Origin: Eledone cirrhosa
Taxonomy: Eukaryota
Assembly (NCBI GenBank): GCA_964016885.1
Contig: OZ024745.1
Span: forward strand, 65,906,001-65,970,000
Length of the DNA: 64,000 nucleotides
Reading direction: 5' to 3'
Part shown: one piece after another, positions 26,381 through 40,220 of the stretch
Layout: each line of letters starts with the position of its first letter
How positions within the stretch are numbered: position 1 is the first letter of the stretch
Translations under genes and position numbers: made by a program
Notes under the pieces: model-generated
The model's input: the letters and a program-made list of their open reading frames with translations, nothing else
The model's database searches: none
Told to the model about the DNA's origin: nothing

Positions 26381-27225
26381 CCGACAATAATGCTACTTGC
26401 AATTCTCAGTACATCATATATGTGTGTATAATCTAGTTACAAAGAAGAAACATTTCAAAGCGAAAGAAAATACTTCTTATGAGAGGGAAAGTAGTAATGG
26501 TGTGAATGAGAAGAAGATGAGTATTTACTGGAATATTGATATAATGTTACATCTTACTTTCTCTGTCTTCATGCCTCTTTGCCCAAACTTGAAACAGATT
26601 GTGCCTACTCCCGCAATACGGTTAAAACATTCTCTTCTCATCAGCACACGCGTAAATGACTTTATGATTTATATGATCTTTATCACTTTATGATTTATAT
26701 TATCTTTATCACTTTATGATTTATATGATCTTCATCACTTCATAATTTGACGCTACTATGATTATATAATCTAAACTATAATAAAGTAAGGAGTGCCGGA
26801 CTGCGTCCAGAATATATTTTTTTATTCCATTTGTCAAATAATTTGGATTACTTTGAATAAATAATGAATGAATATTATATAATTTATCTACTAAATTTCG
26901 TTATTCTTGATTAAATATAAATAATTTTGTTGCTTATTTTTTAAGATTCACTTCTTTAAAATTTTCAAATGTCAACACTTCCGGTTAGCGATCGCTTAAA
27001 TAAACATTCATTAAATTTCCTTAAATAATTTTCTCCTAATGCAGATTATATATAATATCGTCTTTTTTAATGTATCATGGATTACGTTACTGATTACATA
27101 AGATAGTGTAACGCAGTTTCGTTCCATTTCTGTGTATATGGTCAATTACGATTTTATTTGATATATCATATCTACATGCATATATACTTGCGTATAATAT
27201 CAATATGCACACTACACATGCTAGC

Positions 27226-27257
27226 AAAAACCACCCTTCGGGTGGTTTTTCTTCTAG
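27226..27257 (+). other. Helitron-like 3' terminus (hairpin plus CTAG)
   Basis: AAAAACCACCC ttc GGGTGGTTTTT followed shortly by CTAG|T. Confidence 0.5.
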
Positions 27258-29949
27258 TCTTTATAGTCATGCTAAATAGGTATAATCTATATATACATAT
27301 CACTGAACTATTTTATTCAGCTTCTCATTAAAACCATTATAAAAGCGTTCTCTACAACGATTTTGATATAAACACACCATGAATATACCTACCAAGAACA
27401 TTAGATATCACACCTTAGCATTTCTCAAAAGAAATGCAAACATGAAAGCCATAAAGTTGATTGTAACATTAGCGGACATATATGATCATCAGACTTAAGG
27501 AATTGTATATGCCTTCAACAGTCAACAGACGGTGAAATATGATATATGCCTATAAGATAATAGTAATCAAAGTAAACTTCAACAACCACCCTATCTTGGA
27601 ATTCCTTCCGTCATCAACAAGAAAGCAAACATTTTAATGATTTAAGCACTGATGTAGCAAGATTACAAGACAGCAAACCGTCTTAAAGAGAATCTATAGC
27701 ATTCATTTATCGATTGTGATAAGAATGTTGCTGAACAAAAGTCAAGAAACCAATTGAAGAATAAAATTGATGCATACTGGAAGAGCATTAAATTTGTAAC
27801 ACTTGTCTTGTATACAGAAAACTTTGCTTTACGAACAGAGGAAGATTTACTGTTTTGGATATCACCACTAAATACTGTAAAACTATAAATAGATAAAATA
27901 AAAGTTTAATCCTGCTTAATGAATTAATGAATATTGATTTCATTTTGAGCAAACGCTCGAATTTCGCTCCAGACAAGGCACAATCGATTGAAAAAATACT
28001 CGTCTTATGTAACTGTGTACACTTTCTGCCAATACTATATGCAACACACACGCACACTGCCATTTCTACTACGTTTAATTCACACCACCCCTTCTTTCCT
28101 CTATTTTGTCTTTGTTCTTTTCCTATTCCACCTCCTCTCTCTCTGTTTTCTCACTTCCACTCTTTTCTTTTTCTCATTATCGTCCTCTCGACTTCTGGCT
28201 CCCTTTACGCTTTAGACCGTTCTTCTGTCTTTTATCCCTACGCATTTGTAGATAGCAGGCGTCTCTTCTTCAGCTCTGCAGCCTGCTCACATTATTCTGA
28301 AGAAAATCAAAGGTTTTAATTTCTCAATTTTTCTAGCGTCAACATGTACTTTTTACGTGCTAAGCTCGTTGTCAATATATTTATAGTCGATTTTTCCTTT
28401 TTGCAATTATGTTTGATTTTGTCGAAAGACACCTGTACATTTTCTTTCATTCTTTGTTTTGTTATCGTTTCACATGCCTCTTACCAACAGAGCGGTTCCC
28501 CAATCTATTGTGTAAACTCACTGTTCATGTTCAAAGTTGCATTCTGGCAAAGTGGTTGAAGAGGTAAAGATACAGCTCTCTGTTTGCATTTCTGCTGATA
28601 CAATAAATATATATATGGTGTCTATCTTATGAAATAGAAGAAGGCAAAACACGATACAAAATGCACATATTCATCTAACTTAATGAATATGCCTTTCTTA
28701 CATTAGTCTAAGTTTGCAGTTTGTTTTCCTCTCATTGAATCTTAGTTGGTATGATTGGTTTCAGTTCATGGTGGATATATTTTATTTTATTTTATAAGAA
28801 GAATGGCATCATCATTTCTGGGACAAAAGTTTAACATAAAATATAGAAATTTGGAATTTAATACGAATTTAAACAAGACCCTTTCTTTTAACGCCGAACC
28901 ACTTCTTCCAACTTTCTCACCTTCAAACTAAATGAGTATTGATTTCTAGAATTAGGCTAAAGCCACTGATTTCAGTGAATGACGCAGCGTAAAAGTGAAT
29001 TAAATTCCATCAATAGTTAACTAGAACTTATTTATACACCCAGAAATACTTTAAAGCAAACAAATGATCTCAACGTGATTAGAGCTCAGAACGTAAAGTA
29101 TTATAACTAAATAACACAAGGTATTAAATGCTACACTCTACAGAATGTGCTAGTCACCACCCTTTGAAGCTTAATGAATATTAAAATATTAAAGGCATCT
29201 AACCGTATGCCTTGACGAACAAATTACATAAGGAATTAGAGTTGTGTGTAAGTATCATATTATTAGCTAAATCAATGAACGTAATAACAGGATTAATAAT
29301 CTGTAAATTTCTAAATGAGTTTCGCGATGAAAGGAACTAAAGAACACAAAACCAAAAACATTGAATCTTGAATGAGAATTATTAATTATCGATCTAATTC
29401 GCTTTCAAGGAAGCGAAATTCTGTGGGAATTATTCAAACATTGTTTGTTTTTTTTGTATTTTGCTCCTTCACAAGTTTTCATAAATGTTGTCTCATGTTT
29501 CCATCTAAAACAAACATGTAAGCTAAAATACTAAACGATTAATGTAATCAAAGAAGTTTAAGAATGTTTTTTTTGAACTAACAATAATGAATCAATTCTA
29601 GCGAGTGCAAAACAGGTTACACGTAAAAATAGCAAGAACTAATCGCAGTAATATACCAGGAGTCTGTAAAAACACTACCAACATCAATCACCAACAATAA
29701 GAAGAGTATTAGAATTAGACAACAACATTGCTAGAAAGATAAAGGATGAAAAATACAGCAATATTTGTAGTATAATCAATAATTAGTAACAATAATATCA
29801 ATGGAAGAAGTAATAAAAAATTTAATAAGATCAATAATATCCATAGGGTTAATAACGGAGGTTTCAAGCATGCCGATCTAATTTTCTATTGCAACTAGCA
29901 GTAGAGGCCTCATCATCACAACAATAAAAACCTACTGTAAACTATAAAA

Positions 29950-31277
29950 GCAACTACCAAGTAATATTAAGACAATAACATGAACTACCAAGTAATATTA
30001 TGACAATAACAGCAACTACCAAGTAATATTAAGACAATAACAGCACACTACCAAGTAATATTAAGACAATAACAGCAACTACCAAGTAATATTAAAACAA
30101 TAACAGCAACTACCAAGTAATATTAAGACAATAACAGCAACTACCAAGTAATATTAAGACAATAACAGCAACTACCAAGTAATATTAAGACAATAACAGC
30201 AACTACCAAGTAATATTAAGACAATAACGGCAACTACCAAGTAATATTAAGACAATAACGGCAACTACCAAGTAATATTAAGACAATAACAGTAACTACC
30301 AAGTAATATTAAGACAATAACAGCAACTACCAAGTAATATTAAGACAATAACAGCAACTACCAAGTAATATTAAGACAATAACAGCAACTATCAAGTAAT
30401 ATTAAGACAATAACAGCAACTACCAAGTAATATTAAGACAATAACAGCAACTACCAAGTAATATTAAGACAATAACAGCAACTACCAAGTAATATTAAGA
30501 CAATAACGGCAACTACCAAGTAATATTAAGACAATAACAGCAACTACCAAGTAATATTAAGACAATAACAGCAACTACCAAGTAATATTAAGACAATAAC
30601 AGCAACTATCAAGTAATATTAAGACAATAACAGCAACTACCAAGTAATATTAAGACAATAACGGCAACTACCAAGTAATATTAAGACAATAACAGTAACT
30701 ACCAAGTAATATTAAGACAATAACAGCAACTACCAAGTAATATTAAGACAATAACAGCAACTACCAAGTAATATTAAGACAATAACAGCAACTACCAAGT
30801 AATATTAAGACAATAACAGCAACTATCAAGTAATATTAAGACAATAACAGCAACTACCAAGTAATATTAAGACAATAACAGCAACTACCAAGTAATATTA
30901 AGACAATAACAGCAACTACCAAGTAATATTAAGACAATAACGGCAACTACCAAGTAATATTAAGACAATAACAGCAACTACCAAGTAATATTAAGACAAT
31001 AACAGCAACTACCAAGTAATATTAAGACAATAACAGCAACTATCAAGTAATATTAAGACAATAACAGCAACTACCAAGTAATATTAAGACAATAACAGCA
31101 ACTACCAAGTAATATTGAGACAATAACAACAACTACCAAGTAATATTAAAACAATAACAGCAACTACCAAGTAATATTAAGACAATAACAGCAACTACCA
31201 AGTAATATTAAAACAATAACAGCAACTACCAAGTAATATTAAGACAATAACAGCAACTACCAAGTAATATTAAAACA
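29950..31277 (+). repeat. 31-bp minisatellite, about 43 copies (CAACTACCAAGTAATATTAAGACAATAACAG)
   Basis: head-to-tail units, no spacers. Confidence 0.97.
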
Positions 31278-31409
31278 AAACGACAGCTTTAATATCATAG
31301 ATATTTCACATACATACATGACTATACAAGCTCCTTAAATTGACTTCAGGCCGTATTTTATCGATTGTCACCATAATGGAATTTCAACACAATAAAGACG
31401 AAACTAAAT

Positions 31410-31410
31410 A

Positions 31411-31479
<69 letters not shown>

Positions 31480-31584
31480 GCTGCTGCTGTTACTACTGCC
31501 AGCACTGTTGCTACCACCACTACTATTACTACTACGACGAAAACCACCACCACCACCACCACCACCACCACCACCACCACCACC

Positions 31585-31633
<49 letters not shown>

Positions 31634-31650
31634 TTACTACTACAACAACA
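31410..31650. repeat. compound (TAC)n/(CAC)n trinucleotide repeat
   Basis: direct observation. Confidence 0.95.
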
Positions 31651-33129
31651 ATGACGATTTCTGATGATGATACTGTTGACGGTGATTTCTTTTTTATCCA
31701 CCACTCCTCGAACAGATGAAGGAAGGCTCGCGTGGTTTTGCAAGAAACAGGTATGTCACCCTCATTCTCTCCCGTGTACGAGCAATAGCGTTTCTAGCAA
31801 ACGATGGGTTTTGATCAGAGTTTGAAATATTTTCGTTTAATACAGTGCATGTCTACGAGAAGTATACATATCTGTTGTGTGTAATGTTCATTTATTTGTA
31901 AGCTAGCATTATTTCCTTCATTTTCTACAGTCTGAACGTCTATGTTCAAATATATTTATCATAGCTTTTTAATATTTAGGCATTGATTTATTTTGTTTGA
32001 CAGTATTCTTTCGGAATCTAGGTTTAACTCAGTATTTGATTAACTTCTCGTCTCTGCAACCGACTATTTGAAATTCTGTTTACTGTATATTACCATTGTC
32101 TGTTGACCATACACATACTTTATCTCTAAGGTCTAAATAAACCGATGCGATTTGTCAAAGTCTACATTGGTGCGTTTCAGAAAACCGGGTAGTTGGAACT
32201 GCAAGAGAAGATGTTCGAAGCTTTTACATCCTTTTAGTTATCGGCTCGTCCCACACCATCACAGCGAGCGATTAGATGCGGTGATTAATAAGAATATTTC
32301 GAGTGACGCATTAAAAGCGAAAATGACGAATACAACAAACAATTTCTTTACGCAAAACACCAATATTAGATAAGAGAGGGCAAAGTTTATTCGATGAGTG
32401 AGTATTAAAACGCCGTGACGTAAATAGCTCTGGCACATCGGATAGCAATGTGTCCGTGCTATTTGATTCCAGACAAATGTGTGCAATTTCCAATCAGTCC
32501 TTAGCCTAAATATTTGAAGTAATGATTAAATGAAGACGATGGAATTTAATGCGCATCTTAACGGCCAGTTGCAGTTCTTGAGAGAAGAGTTTGAGTACTA
32601 AAAAAAAAAATATATATATTTATATATATAAACGAAACGAAAATAATAACAGCTGGTTTTGATGGTGTGCCCTATAGGTGTAATGAATATATTCTAGACT
32701 TCTTCGTTCTTGGCTAACGTCTGTCACAACTGAAAGCAGACTGTAAGGGATTCCAAGCTGTAATAATTGGATTCTGGTGGAAAAACGCAAAGAAGAGAAA
32801 ATTAACATCAGTTTTCTGGTCAACCTTTCAAACTGTGGATAAAATTCTAAAGTAAGCCTGGTCTTTTCTTTTTTAATATGATCCGGAACGAAATGTCTCA
32901 AAAGCGATACCGTGAGTTGCATCATAAAACTAAATTCGCTCCAAAGATTCTATGTAATCGATCGCTCTGCTAGAAATATGCCCCCCCCCCCCGCGCCCCA
33001 AGAAAAAACAGCAACAAACAAAACCAATTTCCTATCTTAGAAAAACACATTGGATGATGTGTTCTTCGGTAGAATGTCGGACAAAAGGGTTGTTCATAAT
33101 GTGGCTAAAACACTCTTGCTGTGGGCAGT

Positions 33130-35190
33130 GTGTTCCGGAGGCTGGCTGCCAAGGTGATCTGTAAGTCCGTCACACATGAACTGGGTGAGGAGTTTAGTCC
33201 GGTGCAACTGGGTGTCGGCCTGTCCGGTGGCTGAGTGGGCCGGTCATGCAACCAAGCAGCTCTTCAGCAGCTGCCCATTGGTACCGGCATCCAGGGACTC
33301 CAGACACCTCATTGTCAAGCTTGACATGAGGAATGCCTTCGACTCTTTACGCCGGTATCATCTGCTCGAGGCCTGCCTCAGCCGAGCCCGCTTTTCCTAC
33401 CCGCTGGCCTACCTGTCATATGGAGCCCCGATTGTGCTCCTAGCTGCTGATACGGTCAAACCCTCGGCTACTGGGGTCCAACAGGGCGACCCTTTGGGAC
33501 CCCTCCTGTTCGCCCTTGGTATTGACCACATCGCCCGGAGTATCACGGCTCCTATCAACGTTTGGTATCTGGATGATGCTACTTTGGGCGGGCCCGTACG
33601 GACGGTCTGCCATGACCTTCAATCGGTGGTTCCTGCCCTGGCGGAAATCGGCCTCCAGGTCAACTCGGCCAAGTCGGAGTTGGTGAACGTCAGCCTCGAT
33701 TCCGCGAGCTTTGCAGCCTCCGTCTTGGACTTGCGTGCCATTCTCCGCCAGGTTCAGGTGACCCCCAAAGAGGATGTCCTCATCCTCGGGTCACCGATCC
33801 ATCATCAGGTCCAGGCTTCAACAGCTCCAGACTCTCACGAGCCGACTGGGCTTGATTGACGGCCACCCAGCTCTCTTTCTACTGAGGAACTGCTTCGCCA
33901 TGCCGAAGATCCGCTATACACTCCACAGCGCTCCATGCTACAGACAGGCATCTCTCCTCGCTGACCTCGATACTTGTATCCGAGCAGCAGCCGAGGGGAT
34001 ATGCAACGTCAAGTTTGACGACATAGGGTAGCAACAGGCCACTTTACCGGTCAGGAATGGCGGCCTTGGCCTCCGGTCCCCGATCTCACTAGCTTTGCCG
34101 GCGTATCTTTCGTCAGTAACCTCGTGCCGCGTCCTCGTCAGCAAGGTTCTTCAAAACACAACAGAACTCTCTGTGTTCAGAGAACGTGAGGCCGCCTGTG
34201 AGACGTGGGACCGGCTGGGACTTAGCCCAGTAGACGTCCATCCACCTTCTCCCCCTGTTGACGTCAAGTCCCCCCAACGCACTTGGGATGCCATCCAGTG
34301 CAGCCTGGCCTCAGACAGGCTCACGCGCCAGCTCGACCACCACCGCCTTGCCTGTTTTCGTCTGGCCTCCTAACCCCACAGTGGTGCCGGCTCCATATCC
34401 TGCCCTCCTTCTCCACTGGTACGCAGCTAGACAACCATAGCCTGCGAATCGGCGTTTCCCTGAGGCTCGGCCTCCGGATCTGCCAGCCACACCAATGTCG
34501 CTGCGGTTCCACCGTGGACTTTTTCGGCCTCCACCCCCTCTCCTGTCGCCACACTGCTGGTCGCATTCCACGCCATTCTGCCCTCAACGAGGTCATTAAG
34601 CATGGCCTGGACGCTGCAGGCTTCCCTTCCCAGCTCGAGCCGGTTGGGATGGATCGAGGGGACGGCAAAAGGCCAGATGGCATGACCATCTTCCCGTTTC
34701 CGCGGTGGCAAACCCCTCGTCTAGGATGCCACTTGCACCGACACTTTCTGCAGCCGCAACCTGGTGCAGTCTGTGACTGACCCAGGTTCTGCTGCACGTC
34801 GGGCTGAGAGGGCCAAACTCCTCAAATACCGGTCGCTCTCCGACAGGTTTGTGGTCGTACACCTGGCAGTGGAGACTTCTGGTGTCCTCGGCCCCAGTGC
34901 TACCTCCTTACTCACCACCATAGGCGCTGAGCTGGCCAGCCGCAGGTGTGAGCCCCGCGAGTTGGAGTGGCTTTTCCAGCGCGTCTCCCTTGCCGTCCTC
35001 CGGGGAAACGCCTTCTCTATTCTGTCCGCCGGGGCTGTGAGTGGGCCCGATCGCGTACCAATACATTAGTTAAATACCATTCTTTCATCTGATATATCAC
35101 TAAATTATATTTTGTACAATATACATTAAGTATCCATTTGACTAACTATACTAAACTAATAAATCTGTAAAAATAAAAAAAAATAAAAAG
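33130..35190 (+). mobile_element. 5'-truncated CRE-clade non-LTR retrotransposon (RT plus RLE), frameshifted
   Basis: KLDMRNAF, GVQQGDPLGPLLF, WYLDD, GGLG, CxC..H..C/RH, KRPDG, K..KY, QRVSLAVLRGNA; AATAAA and A-rich tail at about 35158-35189; GC-rich island. Confidence 0.9.
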
Positions 35191-36959
35191 ACTTCCAGAT
35201 GAATTGCAAATATAATACTTATGAACTTGTACAGTTCAAAGCTAAAAGACCAACAACAGGGTTAGATTAAAATGGGTGTCCTAAACTCCATCTTTCTCTA
35301 TACGTCAGTTTTTGCTCTGTGCATAGCTGGACAGCTGGTGGCCTAACTGTTTTAAGCACACAGACAGTGACAGTTGAATTGTTTTCAAAATATTAATTCT
35401 GTCAGATTCAAATTCTATAACTCACTTTAGGCCACAGAGATTTTTAAAAATGGATTTTTAGATTAATAAAAATATCATTCGATTCCTCACAAAGAGTTGC
35501 TACAGGTTAATACCTAATCAATCACTTTGGAAATATTCGTCTTGCATATTCTGAGAAGAATTTACATTTTAATCCTTTTTTATTTTACTAAAAAAAAAAC
35601 AAATGAACAATTGATGATCACGAATCATAAACGTATAATTAGAGTTGAAATAATTAGTGTGAGGACTAAACACTTACGAATATTTAGTTCTTTCTAAGTA
35701 AAGTATAGTGGTAATATAATGTCTTCGTCTGTAAAGAACTTGGTAACTGATGCCATTAACTATTATAAAATTACCGTTACAGAATGCTTTACATTACTGA
35801 TGTTAGTTTATTCATAATTAAGCAGATTAACAAATCAATAGAGTTGTTGAGGTTTCAAATGAAATTCAATTTTGATCAGATGTATATATAGGTAATTATA
35901 TTATATTTGATTATCAAATAGAATACAGTCATATGACATAAAGTGTAAATTCACTCTAAATTAAACAGTAAGGAGACTTTACAAGTAAGTACAATTACAT
36001 ACTGAAGAACCAAACAAACTTTTCCATTCATATAATGTCACAAGAAATGGAAACTTAAGCACTTCTAAGATTTACTAAATTGAAAATGTACCTATTGAAG
36101 ATCTACAAACAGAAACTGTTAATAAAATCAGAATAATGCAATAATCACTCAAGAAAGCTTTATAATTGTAAATGTAATTACTCAGTGAAAGAGGAAATGG
36201 GACACTGAAATTTAATTGACCAAAATGAGTAAAGCTAAGATAGAATTCTAGGCAGTACACTTAAAAAGTAATGGTTTCTCTTAAAAAGAACTGCACTATA
36301 AGTGATTTCCAAATATCTTTTGTTTGATTTTTACACTTGATATAATCAGCATATGCAAACAGTATAGCCAATTTTAGTGTTTTGTTAGAAATAATAATAA
36401 ATTAGATATTATAGAAAACATGATGAATGCATGAGATAACATTTAGATGATTAACTAACGTGTAAAGAAGAAGATATAGGGAACGGAAACATACAAATAA
36501 TGTAAGTATTGATAATCAAAATAGAGAAATAGTGACATAGACTTATACAGACATAACAATGGGATAGCCATACGTACACACATGTACGTATATAATATTA
36601 GCTCATCATAAGAAGCAATTCGATATAGAAAAGAAATCAGATACTTAACTAAATAGCTATTAGTTATCTAGTGACTGATATTACCACTCACTGCATTCTC
36701 TCTTATATTAAGTATGTAAATCTACTTATTCTTGCTATATCATTTGACTGTTCTGTTTTTAACACTTCAGGTTAAACCACCAATTACTTAGCATAATAGG
36801 GCATGCAATACCCTGTGTATAAATATCACATATATTAAGTTTTGAACAAGAATGATGTTACCTCAATTAAATTAAATTCAGTGTTGGTTAACCAAGAATT
36901 GAAGAACGAAAACATATGGCTGACGACTAGAGTAAACTGGAGGGAACACATTTGACAAA

Positions 36960-37700
36960 ATGTAAATCCACATTAAATAGTACCGGACACAAAAATATTT
37001 TGAAATCGGATAAAATCTTATATATCCCTTCCATGATAAGGTTTGTTCTAGATCAGAATTCTCTATAATACAAATGTATTTTACATTAATGTTCTTCTAT
37101 CTTGCTTTGGTTTGTATGGTGCTGTATGGGGCAGTGTGTTGCGATTGTTCCTTGTAAATACATGCTGTGTATTTTAATAGCTATAGTGTGCGAAGTATCT
37201 GTATCATTATGTGTATGTCTAGATATATATATGGTTTAGTCTACCAGTCAATTTGAATACATGTTCTTGATTAATAATTGCTTAATTCTATGGACATTGT
37301 CATCTAGCGTAAGTTTGATGGAGAAAAATGTGAATGTTTTCTAAAGTAAGGAGTTTACAACTGACATTCTATAGTTGTGTGCACATCTATATTTCCATGT
37401 AGGTATATACATTGATTTGTATTTTTTGGAGTGTACACGGACGTTAAATATCTATTATTTTCAATCTTGTTGTTTATATCCAGAAATGGAATTGTGTATG
37501 TAATTTTCTGGCTGGTACATTGTAGAGCAAAATAGTTTTCTAGGTCTTCTTTCAATCTTACAACGTCTTTCAGTGAATCCATTATAATGAATAGATCATT
37601 CACATATCTGAAATATATAATATGACTGTGCTTTTGTATTAAATTGTTTTCTATGTTGGCAAGATAGACTACCCCCATATTAACAACAAACCGCACACCA
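36960..37700 (-). pseudogene. old Poseidon/Penelope-type PLE RT relic
   Basis: MG..YLANIE..YFRYVNDLF..IPFLDI..TSVY.K.T in ORF 37355..37888. Confidence 0.7.
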
Positions 37701-38339
37701 GAGGAGAAGCAACTGCAACACCCAACACTACACAACACATTCCCCAACAGAAAGATAGATAGAACAATATTAACAAACAATGCACCTATATTAGAAAAAT
37801 GTCCGAATAAAAATAGGTGCTTAATCATGGAACTGGTGTTTATGTTGCTCTTTAGGGCCAAAGTTAATATCCAATGCATACTAACCATATGGATAACATA
37901 GACACATAAACATGTGACTTTAGATTCAACTTTTGGTTTAAAAAATAACTTCTTTATGATGAGACAGTGAAGGTATAACTATATCGTTTAAATGATGGAC
38001 TTAGAAAGTTTATTATTCCAAACAATTTACAGAGGTCTCATGCGAGAACATGAAACTCGAAGATAGTTTTCTTCAACCATATATACGAATTTATATATAT
38101 ATATAAAAGAAATCTTGCAAAACAAATTAAAAAACGAAGTATATCTATTTTTGTGTTTGTGTACTTCGGCCATTAACTCTAACATAGCTTTGTATATGGA
38201 ATATACGGTATGTTTATAAACAAACATTTTGAAAGCCCTCAGCTATAAAAATATATATATATATATATCTGTGTGAGTGTGTGTGTGTGTCTGTGTGTTT
38301 TCAGGATTTTGAAGGTCTAAAAACACATCCTAGCTTTCA

Positions 38340-38862
38340 ATTTCACAATGTACTTTCCCAGTTTAAATTTACTCAACAATCAAGAAATGTATTACATGAA
38401 AGATACATTGAATTTGTCCACAGTTGAACTAAGTGGGTGGGGAAGAAGAAGAAGAAGAAGAAGAAGAAGAAGAAGAAGAAGAAGAAGAAGAAGAAGAAGA
38501 AGAAGAAGAAGAAGAAGAAGAAGAAGAAGAAGAAGAAAAGCCCAACGTATAATTTCAAAGAAATCCTTGTTACTCCTGAGTATCATAAACATATTAGTCA
38601 TGGAAATTTAGACATTGCACCTCTTTTGTATGAGGACTATGAGACAATAAGTAAAATAGATTGTCAATGGAAGCAGCTATGGAATGTACTCTCGTTTGAA
38701 GTTCCCAATACAGTTATATTTCAAGTTTCTTTGTATAGAGATTCTGCGAGAGAACATCCGTTTAAAAAACTTTCTGATCAATCATTAAAACAATTTATTT
38801 TTCCGCATTCAAATGCGGATATAGAAAGACATTTTTCTTATCATGTATATCGTTCATTCTAG
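38340..38862 (+). pseudogene. hAT transposase C-terminal (dimerisation) relic interrupted by (AAG)n
   Basis: YRDS..HPFKKLS..FPHSNADIERHFS. Confidence 0.7.
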
Positions 38863-40220
38863 CGTTTTAGTACTTTTTAACAAAATACTAGCGAATTTGT
38901 GCGAGACATTGACCATAATTTAGCAAAAGTGGTAACATTTCTTGAGATGATGAACGTGCCCCGATTCTTTTAACCATAGATGTTCTCGAATATGTTCTTC
39001 TTATACATACATGCATATTGTTTCTTATATAGGCACAAGGCCAGTAATTTGGGGAGAGGGGAAAGTCGATTAAATCGACCCCAGTGCGTGACTGGTACTT
39101 TATTTTATCGACCCCATGCATATTGTCAGAAATATAGATACATATGCAAGAATACTAACATAAATGACCATAAGCACAAACACGATATTCTATAACATAT
39201 AAAATATGAGTTTTCTCATAAAGCGAGAAATGCCCGCAGTGGAGCGAAACCAGTCAGTTACTTCTCTATTTTGCCACATCTATAATCCATGAAACAGATT
39301 ACAGTTTATGTTCTAAAGATTAATGGCCAACAAACTTCACTTTCTATTATTTGTGAGAAAATGTATCAATATAAATTTGAACTAATATATTGTCTTTTGT
39401 ATGTGCTTAGTATATCAGTAAAAGTGTGCATCAAAGACAATCTGTTATGGCTTTTGGTATTGCTATCAAAAATGCAAATATATAATTGCAAACTTGCAAC
39501 ACTTCTGTACGTTTTATATAAATCTACATATTCTATCACACAGCTTCGATATCCAACTATTATAACAATGGTATTTCCAATGAAATGATGTTGTAAAAAA
39601 CAACACCTGACTTGATATGTTTACAACATTGACGATCACAAGCATCGACTACTTTTCCCTATTCCTCTGCACACAACTCTTTTCTCATCTCAAACCTTCT
39701 CTTACGTATTATGTTTCTAGCAATCTTTCTTAAGTATATATTTACAATTATATGTTATTTTTTACATGCATGCATATAGGTTTACATATGGAGGTTATAG
39801 TAGATTTCATGTTTTGTAACACTACGCTACGTTAATAGTAAGATTATATAAACATTTAGTTATATTTTCATTTTTTCTATTCCATAAATCTCCACATACA
39901 TCGATGCATTAAAATATTGCTATAAATATAAGGATACATTAGCCAAGCTCAAATTACTAATGCTTGAGCTAGCTATCCGTGTCCGAAGAAATGAATATTT
40001 TTACATACAATTTCTGGCGAAATATTATAAAATTATCAATGTCGATAACAACATTTGTCATAGATCTACAGACATTTCCACATATATAGAAATGAAATGT
40101 CATAAACAATGCATACAGAAAAAATTGCACACATAAACACACATATCTATATAACTTTGAAATGTTTTAAAACTAATTTTCCATCTCTATTTATTATAAT
40201 ATATATATATATATATATAT

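Noticed and set aside
27226-27250. Rho-independent terminator-like hairpin with U tract
   Set aside because: Eukaryotic context; better explained as a Helitron 3' hairpin before CTAG.
29950-31277. CRISPR-like array
   Set aside because: Units are contiguous with no unique spacers and there are no cas genes; it is a minisatellite.
31384-31743. Ser/Gly-rich 119-aa ORF
   Set aside because: Trinucleotide repeat translation.
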